Position numbers and translations under genes: made by a program
Shown: positions 1-12,703 of the stretch, in pieces
Layout of the letters: each line of letters begins with the position of its first letter
Position numbering within the stretch: position 1 is the stretch's first letter
Notes under the pieces: model-generated
The model's input: the letters and a program-made list of their open reading frames with translations, nothing else
What the model was told of the DNA's origin: nothing
The model's database searches: none
Assembly: GCA_951406725.2 (NCBI GenBank)
Contig: OX597836.1
Location: 45,508,001-45,572,000, forward strand
From: Octopus vulgaris
Lineage: Eukaryota
Direction: 5' to 3'
Length of the DNA: 64,000 nucleotides

Positions 1-56
1 AGGTGGTGTACAAAACAAACAGATGTATTAGTATAACGCTCAGGAATAGAAAAAGT

Positions 57-92
57 CTTTTACATTTCGAGCCTACGCTCTTCTACAGAAAG
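57..92 (-). ncRNA. Variant type-I hammerhead motif in a Penelope-type terminal repeat (family also at 4470-4601 and 19791-19848)
   Basis: Minus strand reads CUUU-CUGUAGA-A-GAGC(GUAG)GCUC-GAAAU-GUA|AAAG; core has A6U. Confidence 0.5.
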
Positions 93-779
93 GGACACAG
101 AAAAAACAAGGAGAGAAAAAAATGTGTGTAGTGGCTAACGATCTATCATGGCGACTGATAGTATATATAGTATTTATAGTTGGTTAATAAATAATATAAT
201 ATTGTCGGTATATATTTATAAAACATTTTCTACTTTATCTTTTTATGTTACTCCTCCTATGATTTTTCGATTTGATTTTTCCAGTTTCAGCTAATGAGCT
301 GTGGCCATGCTGTGAATTTTCTTGGTGGTTGTTGGACTCGAGTGTTAATGACTACTAAAGTATGTCTGACAAAACGGCATCATTTGTTAATGCATTCATT
401 TCTTTCACTTGATCTATATTAACTTTATTGTATTGTCAGTATTTTTTCGGCTGACTTTTTTTCCATTATAACTGTTGTAGTTTCTTTATATTTGGGGGCT
501 TTTATTGCATCTTAAATTTGTTTGTAAAATTCTTCCGTCGCTTCGTCGCTATGGAGTATCAACCTGTATGAAATACTACCTATGTATTATAAAAATTTCA
601 TTTGTCGCACAGCAATTGCTGCTGGTGATCTAATACGGGTGCCAACTGTACACAACCAGTGAACTGCGGTGGTACATTTAATTGTCAAGTGCTTTTCTAA
701 GTAGTTTAACTGTTTCAAGGGCTGTTAGTTTCCGTAAGTGATCCACCCTGATGTTGCTCCCAATTTAAAAAAAATAGTT

Positions 780-1030
780 TTCAATCCTGCTGCTCACAGT
801 ACCAAGTAACCCGACCACAGCTTTTTTCATTGCTCACAAATGTTTATTTTCCATGTTAGTAGTTCATGTCTCCCAATCTTCTTCAATTCGTCGTCCCAAA
901 ACTTATTGTTAGCTGGAGAAGCCACATCTATAATCAAACATTGTTTACTAGCTTTGTTAATCACCATAATACCTGGTTTTCGACGTTCAGTTTCATGGAA
1001 ATATTGCACCTTAAATCACATAAAATCTTG
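780..1030 (-). pseudogene. Decayed restriction-like endonuclease fragment of an R4/Dong-type non-LTR element
   Basis: ORF 827-1009 RKPGIMVINKASKQCLIIDVASP resembles the RPDI...LIDVxxP motif seen at 3465-3912. Confidence 0.55.
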
Positions 1031-1080
1031 GTTTTCTCATATTCTACAAAGCCTCCTGGCTTGTGCTCGTTCAACTATCT

Positions 1081-1483
1081 TTTACTCTTTTACTTGTTTC
1101 AGTCATTTGAATGCGGCCATGCTGGAGCACCGCTTTTAGTCGAGCAAATTGACCCGGGACTTATTCTTTGTAAGCCCAGTACTTATTCTATCGGTCTCTT
1201 TTGCCGAACTGCTAAGTGACGGCGACGTAAATACACCAGCATCGGTTGTCAAGCAATGCTAGGGGGAAAAACACAGACACACAAACATACACACACATAC
1301 ATATACATATACATATATACGACAGGCTTCTTTCAGTTTCTGTCTACCAAATCCACTCACAAGGCTTTGGTCGGCCCGAGGCTATAGTAGAAGACACTTG
1401 CCCAAGGTGCCACACAGTGGGACTGAACCCGGAACTATGTGGTTGGTAAGCAAGCTACTTACCACTCAGCCACTCCTGCGCCT
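1081..1483 (-). mobile_element. tRNA-derived SINE, family A
   Basis: A box TGGCTGnGTGG, B box GGTTCAGTCCC, internal (TA/TG)n, (AGTAAAAG)n tail; about 10 copies in window. Confidence 0.9.
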
Positions 1484-2179
1484 GGTCATATTTTCCACAT
1501 AACTCCCGATCAACGATTTTCGTCTCGTTATCATAGTATCCCTTGTATACTTTCTGTCAGCTTCGTGCGTTGATTGGTGATATGCTACACAGTTTCTTCC
1601 TTCTCTTGGCACATCCTACTCTTTTCTGTTGCACCTGAGTTTTCAAACTTGTACTTAATATAATGTGTCATCAGGGTTTGCTCTTGTGCTTCACAGATTA
1701 AAGATTCTGTTTCCTCTCCAAATCAGTTTCAGTTGTCTGTACATTATTTTTCTTTCCGTCTTTTGGTTTCAGTTTGCTTCTCCTTGGAATCAGGTTTTTC
1801 CCTGCAATCTCCAAATCGACGTTGTTTGAACAGGTGCACAGTGTATCGCACGTCGGACGTCGAAGTAATCGTGGAGCAGCGTGAGATGAAGTTTTTTTGC
1901 TCAAGAACACAATGCAAGGCTCGGTCTAAGAATTGAAATCATGATTTCATGATCATGAGTGCAACACCCGAAACGCTAAGCCACGCGCCCTCACTATTGG
2001 TCACATCCGAACATAAAACCCATTCAATAAATGTTTTCAAACTACTCCTTCAGCCAGAACCCACAGAGATTTTTTTAGACAATTGACAACAACACTCCTT
2101 ATTGAAAAACTCCAGACATGTTTTGACCACCAAACAGAAGGTAAACTGTTTTTACTTCAAATTTTTATAAATTTTTATT

Positions 2180-2222
2180 AATATTTGATAAGATGTAAGT
2201 CATCATTGAAACCGGTAATATT
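2180..2222 (+). ncRNA. Degenerate hammerhead motif
   Basis: AAUAU-UUGAUAA-GAUG(UAAGU)CAUC-AUU-GAAAC-CG-GUA|AUAUU; core variant. Confidence 0.4.
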
Positions 2223-2295
2223 TTATATTTTCTTTATATAATTTTAAAATCATTTTATTAAATTCTTCTGTGCTATTTCCACCTCCATCTTTCGC

Positions 2296-2327
<32 letters not shown>

Positions 2328-2332
<5 letters not shown>

Positions 2333-2440
2333 AAGGAGCTTCTACAGGACTAGAACTGTCTCATTCAAAAGAAATCATCAGGAGCTTCCTGATGATTTCT
2401 TTTGAATGAAACAGTTCTAGTCCTGTAAACTCCTTCTATA
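2328..2440. repeat. Palindrome made of two back-to-back hammerhead motifs
   Basis: Arms of about 55 bp around GGAGCTTCC; plus arm GAGCUUC-CUGAUGA-UUUCUUUUGAAU-GAAACAG...CUGUA; minus arm the same with GAGAC. Confidence 0.75.
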
Positions 2441-2529
2441 AAATAAATTAATTTACTCTGCTATGTATTGAGTACCTTATTTACTGTGGTTAACCCCGAC
2501 TCAACCCGGGACCTACATATATATATATA

Positions 2530-2609
<80 letters not shown>

Positions 2610-2679
2610 TGTATGTGTGTGTATGTATGTATATACACACACATACACATACACACACACATATATACATACTTTTTTT

Positions 2680-2719
<40 letters not shown>

Positions 2720-2760
2720 TATATACATATGTATATTTATACATATATATGGATATACAT

Positions 2761-2801
<41 letters not shown>

Positions 2802-2811
2802 CACATACATA

Positions 2812-2908
2812 CAGTAATCCCTCGCTATATCGCGGTTTACCTATCGCAGAGTTTTTGAACGTAACACTCGCTATATTCGAGGGAATATTATATATATAGG
2901 GAATACTG
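2812..2908. mobile_element. Short pogo/Tigger-like MITE remnant
   Basis: TA-CAGTAATCCCTCG ... GGGAATACTG-TA termini. Confidence 0.5.
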
Positions 2909-2939
<31 letters not shown>

Positions 2940-3038
2940 AGAAAATGGATGTAAATAACGAGGGGAAACTCGTGGTTTTCGCTGGTATGCCTTTAATTTA
3001 ATTAGATAACAAAGAAGAAGGAAGCAAAGATGAAGGTA

Positions 3039-3089
3039 GCATTTACGATCGTTTCGATTTACTGGTTTAAGTAAATCTCATCAGAATGC
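3039..3089 (-). ncRNA. Canonical type-I hammerhead ribozyme
   Basis: GCAUU-CUGAUGA-GAUUUACU(UAAACC)AGUAAAUC-GAAAC-GAUC-GUA|AAUGC: 5-bp stem I, 8-bp stem II, palindromic stem III. Confidence 0.85.
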
Positions 3090-3397
3090 AAAGATAGATG
3101 CATCGGTTAGGATGCAAAAATAATTGATACATATGTGATGGTAATAGAAGCAAAGGTAGTAAGTCTTACATTAAATTTTGTTCTTGCGCTGGTAATTTCG
3201 CTGGGTAGAGGTTTCATTGTGGTAGGCTGATTAGTTTCGTAGGGTAATTAGAAAGGACAGTTAAATTCCAAACCACTATTAGGGACAAAGTTTCGAAAGG
3301 AATGAAAAATAAATATAGATAGATACACACATACATACATATATGTATATACATACATGTATATACATACATACATAATACATACATACATACATAC

Positions 3398-3462
<65 letters not shown>

Positions 3463-4012
3463 GCTATGCCAACATTATGGAATAACAACAGAAAAAAGAT
3501 GGTATAGGCACACACCAGAAAAGGTCACAGAAAACGAGAAAGCAACCATACTCTGGGATATGCCGATACACACAGATAGAGAAATTAAGGCCAACAGACC
3601 AGATATAGTTGTCAGAGATCATGAAGAAAAAAATGCTTTTTAATTGATGTATCAATACCGGCAGATGACAACGTGTCTCTAAAAGAAATGGAGAAACTCT
3701 CAAAATACAAAGACCTGGAAATAGAGGTAACTAGAATGTGGAATCTGAAAACAGAAACAATTCCTATCATAGTAGGTGCATTAGGCATGATAAAAAAATA
3801 TTCAGACAAATACATAACAAAAACACCAGGACTTACAAACACATATAACATACAGAAAATTGCACTACTAGGCACTGCCCACATCCTACGCAGAACACTT
3901 TCCATACAATAACCATCAGAGCATCACAACAAATCACAGCACATACCCAAGGCACACAGAGCTGCGCTCGGTAGTGAAGTGAAAGCACGCTATAAAAATA
4001 AAAATAAAACTA

Positions 4013-4015
<3 letters not shown>
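3463..4015 (+). mobile_element. 5'-truncated R4/Dong-like non-LTR retrotransposon (REL endonuclease and 3' end) inside (TAA)n
   Basis: ILWD..TDREIKANRPDIVV..FLIDVSIP..KEMEKLSKYKDL..PIIVGALG; (TAA)n at 3403-3461 and 4016-4102; tail repeated at 4058-4078. Confidence 0.85.
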
Positions 4016-4061
<46 letters not shown>

Positions 4062-4167
4062 TAAAAATAAAACTACTGAATAATAATAATAATAATAATA
4101 ATATTAAAATATGAATAATATCGAAAAATACCTTAGGAATGAGAGCCCAGGTTCGAAATTTCCCCAA

Positions 4168-4213
4168 GACAACTGATGAAGGTTGGAGGGTATATCAGCT
4201 GAAACATTGTGTT
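4168..4213 (+). ncRNA. Degenerate hammerhead motif
   Basis: GACAA-CUGAUGA-AGGUUGG(AGGGUAUA)UCAGCU-GAAAC-AUU|GUGUU. Confidence 0.55.
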
Positions 4214-4312
4214 AACAACAAACAAGATGAGGACAAATATCCGTCAAATGTAAGTAATGTTATTATAGAACTGGAATATGAAATTTAATACATCAAAATT
4301 TTAGATTCTTCG

Positions 4313-4381
<69 letters not shown>

Positions 4382-4411
4382 TACACACACATTCATACAT
4401 ATATGTACATG

Positions 4412-4463
<52 letters not shown>

Positions 4464-4487
4464 ATTTCTTTATTTTTTCTCCTTGTT

Positions 4488-4525
4488 TCTTTCTGTGGAA
4501 GAGCGTAGGCTCGAAACCTTAAAGA
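4488..4525 (+). ncRNA. Variant hammerhead motif (same family as 57-92)
   Basis: UCUUU-CUGUGGA-A-GAGC(GUAG)GCUC-GAAAC-CUU|AAAGA. Confidence 0.45.
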
Positions 4526-4597
4526 CTTTTTCGCTCCCCGAGTGTTAAACTAATACGCCACCTGTCTTCGTCTTTTGTTTTTTTTTTGTGAATTCTC

Positions 4598-4645
<48 letters not shown>

Positions 4646-5002
4646 AAATACAGTGAACATTTAAATACATAAGAGGTACCTATCATAGGATTCCTTGCAC
4701 GCTAGAAAGGACAGTTAAATTCCAAACCACTATTAGGGACAAAGTTTCGAAAGGAATGAAAAATAAAAACATTAAAAAATTTCGCAATGTAATAGGTATG
4801 TACAACAAGTGTTCAGATTAGTTTACCGCTTGAGCTCCGGATTGAACAGCTGAAACAGAGGTAGTGTTGAAGCTGCCTATCATTGAACTGGTTGATATAT
4901 GTTAGGAAGAGAGATGAACAAGTAAAACATGATGTATTACTTTAGGGCATGTAAGTCAAACATAATTGCAGAGTTGTTAGAGTAAAAAGTTGTTTCTAGA
5001 AC

Positions 5003-5409
5003 AGGCGTAGGAGTGGCTGTGTGGTAAGTAGCTTGTGGTTCCGGGTTCAGTCCCACTGCGTGGCACCGTGGGCAAGTGTCTTCTACTATAGCCTCGGGCC
5101 GACCAAAGCCTTGTAAGTGGATTTGGTGGACGGAAACTGAAAGAAGCCCGTCGTATATATGTATATATATGTATATATGTATGTGTGTGTTTGTGTGTCT
5201 GTGTTTGTCCCCCCAACATAGCTTGACAACCGATGTTGGTGTGTTTACGTCCCCGTAACTTAGCGGTTCGGCAAAAGAGACCGATAGAATAAGTACTAGG
5301 CTTATAAAGAATAAGTCCTGGGGTCGATTTGCTCGACTAAAGGCGGTGCTCCAGCATGGACGCAGTCAAATGACAGAAACAAGTAAAAGAGTAAAAAGAG
5401 TAAAGAGTA
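5003..5409 (+). mobile_element. SINE family A
   Basis: Same head, body and tail as 1081-1483. Confidence 0.9.
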
Positions 5410-5769
5410 ATGCCTGAGCATGTGGACCGTATATCATTGAGCAAAGATTTCCATATAAGTCAGCAATACCGTTCTTAGAAGGAAAGAATTAAGGAATATC
5501 TTTGATAAAGAGCATTAGTAGTTACTAGTTCATCGAAGAATTAAAGAACATACTTAGTGAAAGATAATTGTGGTTAGCACTTTTATGATCAGAGAATTAA
5601 GGAAATCGTTAGTAAAAGAATATCCTGAAGAATATTCTTAGTAAAAGATAAAAGAATTTACTAGTTCTATCGTCCAAGAGAAAGTCAACAGACGTCACGG
5701 GAAACTGTAAATCTCAAAAAAGAACTTGCCGGAAAATGTGGTTCAGAAATAAATCAGCAGCTTAAACGA

Positions 5770-6200
5770 GTTAATTTCCTATCTGATACCATACAAAATG
5801 AAATTCTAGAGGCATATGTTCGTTCATAACACCCTACACGAGATGAGAAAACTTGTTGAAGGTTCCCCGTTTATTGATGTTATATGGAATAAAAATAAAT
5901 TATTGTTATGTGTCTGAAAACCCGGATGTCCACGAAGATTTTCTCAGCTTTTTTAACCATCCTGACCACACTTCGGAGACATTGACTAAGATTATTCTGG
6001 ATGTTTTTTGTTGCCTAAACACTTCGCTGGGCTCAAAACGATGCTGCTTTTGCCATTGATGGTGCATGTATCATAAGCGGAAACTTTTCAGGCATACAAA
6101 AAAAATTAAAATACATGTTTCCTGGTACATATTTTGTACACTACGGAAAACTACTCCCCGGATCTTGTCCTCCAAGAAGTTGGATCTACAGTTGCCAGTT
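5770..6200 (+). pseudogene. Decayed hAT (ZMYM1/DUF4371-like) transposase fragment
   Basis: Interrupted peptides FLSDTIQNEIL, YVSENPDVHEDFLSFF, DGA..SG..SGIQ, FVH. Confidence 0.55.
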
Positions 6201-6699
6201 GCGTTACAAATAGATAGAAACAACTAAGTGGACAGATTCTTATGAAATTTGAATTACAAAAATCTATCGACAGAAAGTATTATTGCTGTTACGTTATGTT
6301 CTCAAGACCTACGTGTGCAGAATTCCGTATAAAGCCTGTCAATACGATGCCACACTCAGACCATTCATCTGAGATCCGTTCAGCTATTCTCTCCCGTTTT
6401 CCCATTGTCTTGTTAAAGATCACTGCTATTGTCTTATGCCTTCCTGTTAAACATTTTAACTAAAAGTATGGTTTCTTATATTTTTCTTGCGCCATCTTAT
6501 TGTTTCTATCTGTAGCATCTGGCTTCGATCTTGACTTGACATCCTTCCCCCCCCACTCCCACAACCCCCACAACTATTCAGGTGCTGCGCCTTTTGGCTT
6601 GATAATTCACACCTGTGGAGATGCTTCCAAAGACCATATTTCTCCCTAGAATTCCTCGACTACTCTTTCTATTGATGTGACATTGATTTCTATATTATA

Positions 6700-7092
6700 C
6701 TAGCAGTATCCCGGCGTTGCTCGGGTTTGTTAGGGAAATAACTATATAAGCATTTTTAGAGAGTTATAGCCAAAAAATTGCAAAAAAATGCATTAAAAAT
6801 GGAAAACAAATTATGGTAAATTTTTTTTTAATCGTTGACTCATCGTAGACATTTTTAGAGAGTTACTTCCCTTATATAATAGCGAAAAAATGCATTAAAA
6901 TGGAAAAAATGATGGTAAATTTTTTTAAAATCGTAGACTCATCGTAGACGCGCGCTAATACCCAGAAGGGCTTGATATGAATCACGACTATAAGATACCC
7001 ACTTTTGGTTAAACTGCACCGCAAAATGTGGGAGTAGTTAGGAATCTAAATCGTAGGAGACAGACACACAACTTCTCTTTTATATATAAAGA
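6700..7092 (-). mobile_element. Non-autonomous Helitron
   Basis: Minus strand A|TCTTTATATATAAAA ... hairpin CCCGAGCAACGCCGGG ... CTAG|T; no TSD; internal ~100-bp tandem duplication 6750-6950. Confidence 0.8.
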
Positions 7093-7867
7093 TTTACCAA
7101 ATTCTTGATAAATTTTCTTTAATGAATAACAACGGCTTTTATACGATTTAAAGAGAATTTATATATTCCTGTAGTCATTATCTATATTTTTTATGTTCCT
7201 TTATCGTTATTGATTTTATTAAGTGTATGATCTGTTTTTCTATAGTTTTTCTCTACGTTTGTTACTGCGTGTGCATGTGTTTTAATATTCCTATAATATT
7301 CCTATATTATTAAGGAAATACTCTCTTTTCATTGTAATAACTCTGGCTGCTGCATACACTATTTCTTTTATCCTGGTAATATTGATGTTCGTGTTTGTTT
7401 TTATTAAGTTTACAATGGCTTGGTTTGTGTTTTTATATTGCTTCTAACTTTTATAACTGTGTGTGAAATCTTTCGTTGTTCCTGAGATTTTCTATTCATT
7501 TTAATTCTTTAACTATTTTTATCTCTAAAATATTGCCATATTCAAAACGAGCATCTTTAAATATTTTCATTTCTTAAATGTTTCTCACATCCCTTTTTAT
7601 TCATAATTTCGTTTACGTTGTTTTGATCCGGCTTTTGTTTGTCAATAATCAATAGTGTTTATATAACAACGTAAAAGACAAGGTTAATAGGATAGTCAAT
7701 GCACAATACCTTAATAAACTTAATAGTCAACTTTTATTAATTTTAACAATCGGGGTTATATCGCTTGAAAAACTGAACGTCTGCATGTTAAATATTTCTC
7801 CGTGTCACAGCGACCCTCCTTTTGCACAGAATTGCTGCCATTCCGACATGATATTTACAGGAATAGT

Positions 7868-8252
7868 GGAGGCGCAATGGCCCAGTGGTTAGGGCAACGG
7901 ACTCGCGGTCATAGGATCGCGGTTTCGATTCCCAGACCGGGCGTTGTGAGTGTTTATTGAGCGAAAACACCTAAAAGCTCCACGAGGCTCCGGCAGGAGA
8001 TGGTGGTGATCCCTGCTGTACTCTTTCACCACAACTACTCTCACTCTTACTTCCTGTTTCTGTTGTACCTGTATTTCAAGGGGCCGGCCTTGTCACTCTC
8101 TGTGTCACGCTGAATATCCCCGAGAACTACGTTAAGGGTGCCCGTGTCTGTGGAGTGCTCAGCCACTTACACGTTAATTTCACGAGCAGGCTGTTCCGTT
8201 GATTCGGATCAACCGGAACCCTCATCGTCGTAACCGACGGAGTGCTTCCTTC
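7868..8252 (+). mobile_element. tRNA-derived SINE, family B
   Basis: A box TGGCCCAGTGG, B box GTTTCGATTCC; TSD TTACAGGAATA at 7855-7865 and 8256-8266. Confidence 0.9.
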
Positions 8253-8475
8253 TTCTTACAGGAATAATATGTTTTCAAAAGTATTTTATAGATATTGGGG
8301 AGGGTGGTCACAGATAGGTGGGGTAGTGGTGAGGGGGACACTAATGATGGTCAGCCTGAACATACATAAGAGGAGGGGAGGAATTAACTTTCATTGTTGA
8401 GTTCAGGTAGCGAAGAGACGCTTTAAAAATAGGGATAATTCCCTATTCATGGATAACCTATAATCAGAATATACT

Positions 8476-8895
8476 TCTTATTTCTTTACTGCCCACAAGG
8501 GGCTACACACAGAGGGGACAAACAAGGACAGACAAACGGATTAAGTCGATTATATCGACCCCAGTGCGTTACTGGTACTTATTTAATCGACCCCGAAAGG
8601 ATGAAACGCAAAGTCGACCTCGGCGGAATTTGAACACAGAACGTAGCGACAGACAAAATACCTATTTATTTGCTACCCACAAGGAGCTAAACACAGAGGG
8701 GACAAACAAGGACAGACAAACGGATTAAGTCGACTATATCGACCCCAGTGTGTAACTGGTACTTAATTTATCGACCCCGAAAGGATTAAAGGAAAAGTCG
8801 ACCTTGGCGGAATTTGAACTGAGAACGTAACGGCAGACGAAATACGGCTACGCATTTCGCCCGGCGTGCTAACGTTTCTGCCAGCTCGCCGCCTT
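8476..8895 (-). mobile_element. SINE family C with tandemly duplicated 3' part
   Basis: Head AAGGCGGCGAGCTGGCAGAA; segment 8490-8660 repeated at 8675-8845. Confidence 0.85.
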
Positions 8896-10031
8896 CAGAA
8901 TATACTTGTGACTGTTGTTGGCAGTGAGAGCACTGCATATTTAATGTGTCTAGTAAAAAACAAAACAATATGCCGATTTAGTCATATCCGTTAGACAACT
9001 GAGAAAATTATATTTTAAAATTAAGAAGTATCCATCAATGGGAGAGCTATTCTAGAAGTGTCTGTAGGTCTTTTCTGTTTGGCTTTAATTTCTGTTCGAG
9101 TTTTATATTCGGTGTAATGGTGTAGTTTTATATGTAAATCAATGTCATGAAATTCATTTTCGTCATTAATCAATAAAGAAAGAGTTATCAGCTTTCAAAG
9201 TTCGCAAATTTTGGGTAATTTTAGCCAATCGTAAGCTACAAACACATTCATGCCTGTTTCCATAGTGACAAACCAAACATGAGACCTCTTTTATCTGCGA
9301 GATAGCACGTGTTGACAAATATATTCTACGCGAAAGCATGTGCATCGACGCTGTGTTCTGCTGCTTGTGCCTATCTGCTGCTTGTTACTTGGTCGAGAGA
9401 TGTGCTAAAAAATAATAGCCAAATAGGCCTTAAACTACGTACCTCCATGTTTATTTTTCGTTTTTGCAGAATAATAAGAATTTTCGAGTGCAGAATACAA
9501 ATTCACAAAACCTTTCTGAAAATTCGCAAAATTCTTCTGCGTAAAGCAGTTGGTTTATTTACAGTTTCATATTAAAACGCTCACGCACAAAATGACAGCT
9601 TCGAAATCCTGTTTTTTGACTGGGTGAAATTATCAAACTTTAAACCACTGTAGCTTAAAAAAAAAAATTCTGGAAAAAGTGCTCCTGAGATTCTGCTTGG
9701 AATGCTACATTAATACACCAAATTTTAAAATTTTCAATAAACTTTGAAATTTCCACAGCTGCAGCTAAACAGAAAAGATCCGTGTCTGTGACCCAGTCTA
9801 CTATTCTGTTCCCCATATACCAATGAAAGGGATGGAACTATTCGACTTAATCAACAAAATATCTGTGAATTTAATATCATTACACTACATGAGGTGGTGA
9901 GCTGGTTGGAACTTAAGCGCGCCGGACAAAATGATTAACAACATTCCGTACGTCTTCGTGTTCTGAGCTCAAATTCAATCGAGGTCGACTTATTAATTAT
10001 TATTATTATTATTATTATGAATATTATTATT

Positions 10032-10267
10032 AAGGTGGCGAGCTGGCAGAAAAGGTAGCACGCCGGGCGAAGTGCTTAGCGGTATTTCGCCTGCCGTTAC
10101 GCTCTGAGGTCAAATTCCGCCGAGGTCGACTTTGCCTTTCATCCTTTCGTGGGCGATAAATTTAGTACCAGTTACGCACTGGGGTCGATGTAATCGACTT
10201 AATTCCTTCATCTGTCCTTGTTTGTCCCCTCTATGTTTAGCCCCTTGTGGGTAATAAAGAAATAAGA
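10032..10267 (+). mobile_element. SINE family C (decayed head also at 9893-9990)
   Basis: Matches 8476-8895 and 16552-16786. Confidence 0.85.
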
Positions 10268-10382
10268 AGCCTGTATTCCAACCACATGGTTCCGGATTCT
10301 CTTTGGGCAAGTGTGTTCTATAACCTCGAGCCAACCAAAGCTTCGTGAATGGATTTAGTAGACGGAAATTAAAAGAATCCTA

Positions 10383-10418
<36 letters not shown>

Positions 10419-10533
10419 ATCTGTGTGTGTGCGTATAGGTGGGTGCTGAAAGGTTCCTACTTTTGAGGGTCTCGCGAAAGGACTGGTTGGAGGCACGCAC
10501 ACAATCACACACATATATACACACACATATACA

Positions 10534-10625
<92 letters not shown>

Positions 10626-10629
10626 TGAG

Positions 10630-12527
10630 TGTGTTTTTACCTTGTTAACAATTAACACGGAAAAAATAAATAAATAGTTACCAGGGTAGCAAAAATCTCA
10701 CAAGTAAAGATGTTGTAACTCCTTGTTTATAAAGGTAGAAACTTCGTGCTTACGTGGAATATTTTGAATAATATATGAATAAATAAATGGAGTTTAACGC
10801 AGGTGTAAATCAAATATTTTTACTTTCGACACATGTTTCGAAAATTCCACTGATACTATTCAAAAGAATAAATGGTATAAACAATGCAATCTTCTCTCCA
10901 GGAAAGTGAAAAAAACGAAACTCGTCAATAAGACATTTTAGCAAAAAATGATGGATTTGTATAGCGATTGACTGAACGCTGTTAATACTGTTTAAAAAAC
11001 GTTATATGATATAACGTCATAAGTAGCTTACAGAAAGAGTAGGGATATTAATAGTGAATGTTAAATATAAAGGAAATTAAAGTTTAAATTATATATAATG
11101 ATAGAGACTACTTATATGCACTAAATGTGTGTTTTTGCCAATGTTTACATCTGTATGCTCGCTCTATAACCGTGTTTACTAGGGGATTTTCAGAAAAAAT
11201 AATGAAAAATAGCTCAGAATTGCAGAGAAAACAGAATTCCTTGCCTTTGTCATAAGGTATCGAAATTGAGTGAATCAACCATTCTAAATAAAATTGTTCA
11301 TTGTGGTCTTTTAAATCCCAAATCAGTTTGCTGAGACCGGTACTATTACGTTTATTTCTATCCCTAAATGTTGAGTAATGGATAGAAATTCTTTTAGATA
11401 ACTCTAACGATGTGCTTCCAATGTAAAATCGTACTTTATTACGAGTACTGATTATACACTGGTATATAGAATTTTTAATCTTAGAGTTACTTGATGTGCT
11501 TCCAATGTAAAATCGTACTTTATTACGAGTACTGATTATACACTGGTATATAGAATTTTTAATCTTAGAGTTACTTGATGTGCTTCCAATGTAAAATCGT
11601 AATTTATTACGAGTACTGATTATACACTGGTATATAGAATTTTTAATCTTAGAGTTACTTGACATAAACTTAATTCTATAGGAATTGACTTCAGATACAA
11701 TAACCTTATTATTAATATTTCTAGAGGATTGGATGGTATTAGCTAAATTAATGTTAGTATTAGTAAATGTATTAATATTTAACAGTTTGTTATTATGTGA
11801 AGAGATAATTTGTAAGAGACTTTTTGTATTTGAAAAACCGATCCTAACCGTATGTGAATAGAGTAATACCTAGAATTTTTTGGAAAATTCCTAGCAATAG
11901 CTTGACAAAACAGCAGTGGGAGATTAGATTCAATTTGTCTCCCGTAAGGAATAATTAACCAAATATTTTTATTAGTATTCATAGCGTAATTATTTTTGAA
12001 GGTGTTATATTTACTTTTAGAACGATAATAGGGGGTTAAATAAGGGTTATATGCCTCCATTCGCTTTGTATCGGTGCGTAAGTTATGTTTGTTATCAATA
12101 ATTCTTTTACGACTAGAAATCTTATCTACATTATTGAATTTACAATTAGACTGAGCAGAATCAATGTAGAAAATTTTCTCTGTATAACCTGCTTTAATTA
12201 AGGCAGAGTTATAGAATTCAGCGTTATTATTGAAAATATCAACATTAGCAGATAATTTAGATAATCTAAATGAAATATTCTTAACTAAGTTGTTAGTAAT
12301 TGCTCTAGGATGATTACTAAATTTGCTAATGTACTTAATATTGGTCAACGGTTTACGATATGGGAAGTAAGAGTCACTGTGTAAATTAAGCGTAATATCT
12401 AAAAAGTTGGCCTTCGTCATATCGTCATCAAAAACGATTTTTAAGCCCATTCTACTGAAAAAATTAACTAAACTATTCTTAACTTTTTGTATCTTTTGGT
12501 TGGAAACATTTTGGAGGTAAAGTAAAC
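10630..12527 (-). mobile_element. 5'-truncated Penelope-like element: RT C-terminus, GIY-YIG endonuclease, terminal repeat with hammerhead
   Basis: NFLDITL...PYRKP..IKYI...SNHP (RT); SIY...YIGST...KRISIHYSTF...CFLCNSE (GIY-YIG); flanked by (TA)n. Confidence 0.85.
10822..10907 (-). ncRNA. Type-I hammerhead with long stem II
   Basis: ACUUUC-CUGGAGA-GAAGAUUGCAUUG...CAGUGGAAUUUUC-GAAAC-AUGU-GUC|GAAAGU; A6G in this copy. Confidence 0.7.
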
Positions 12528-12703
12528 AATCCATAGACGCAGAGAGATAGAGACCCACACGATCGTATAGGTATATCAGTACATCCATACAGGCATGTAT
12601 ATACGTACATACATACATACATACATACACACATACATATATATATATGTGTACATACATACACTCATGCACACACCCATATGCATACACATATATATAC
12701 ATA

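Noticed and set aside
7868-7945. tRNA-like sequences at SINE heads
   Set aside because: A and B boxes continue into SINE bodies with tails and TSDs; no complete cloverleaf
9000-9805. Possible old DNA-transposon remnant
   Set aside because: No matching termini, TSD or coding motif could be identified
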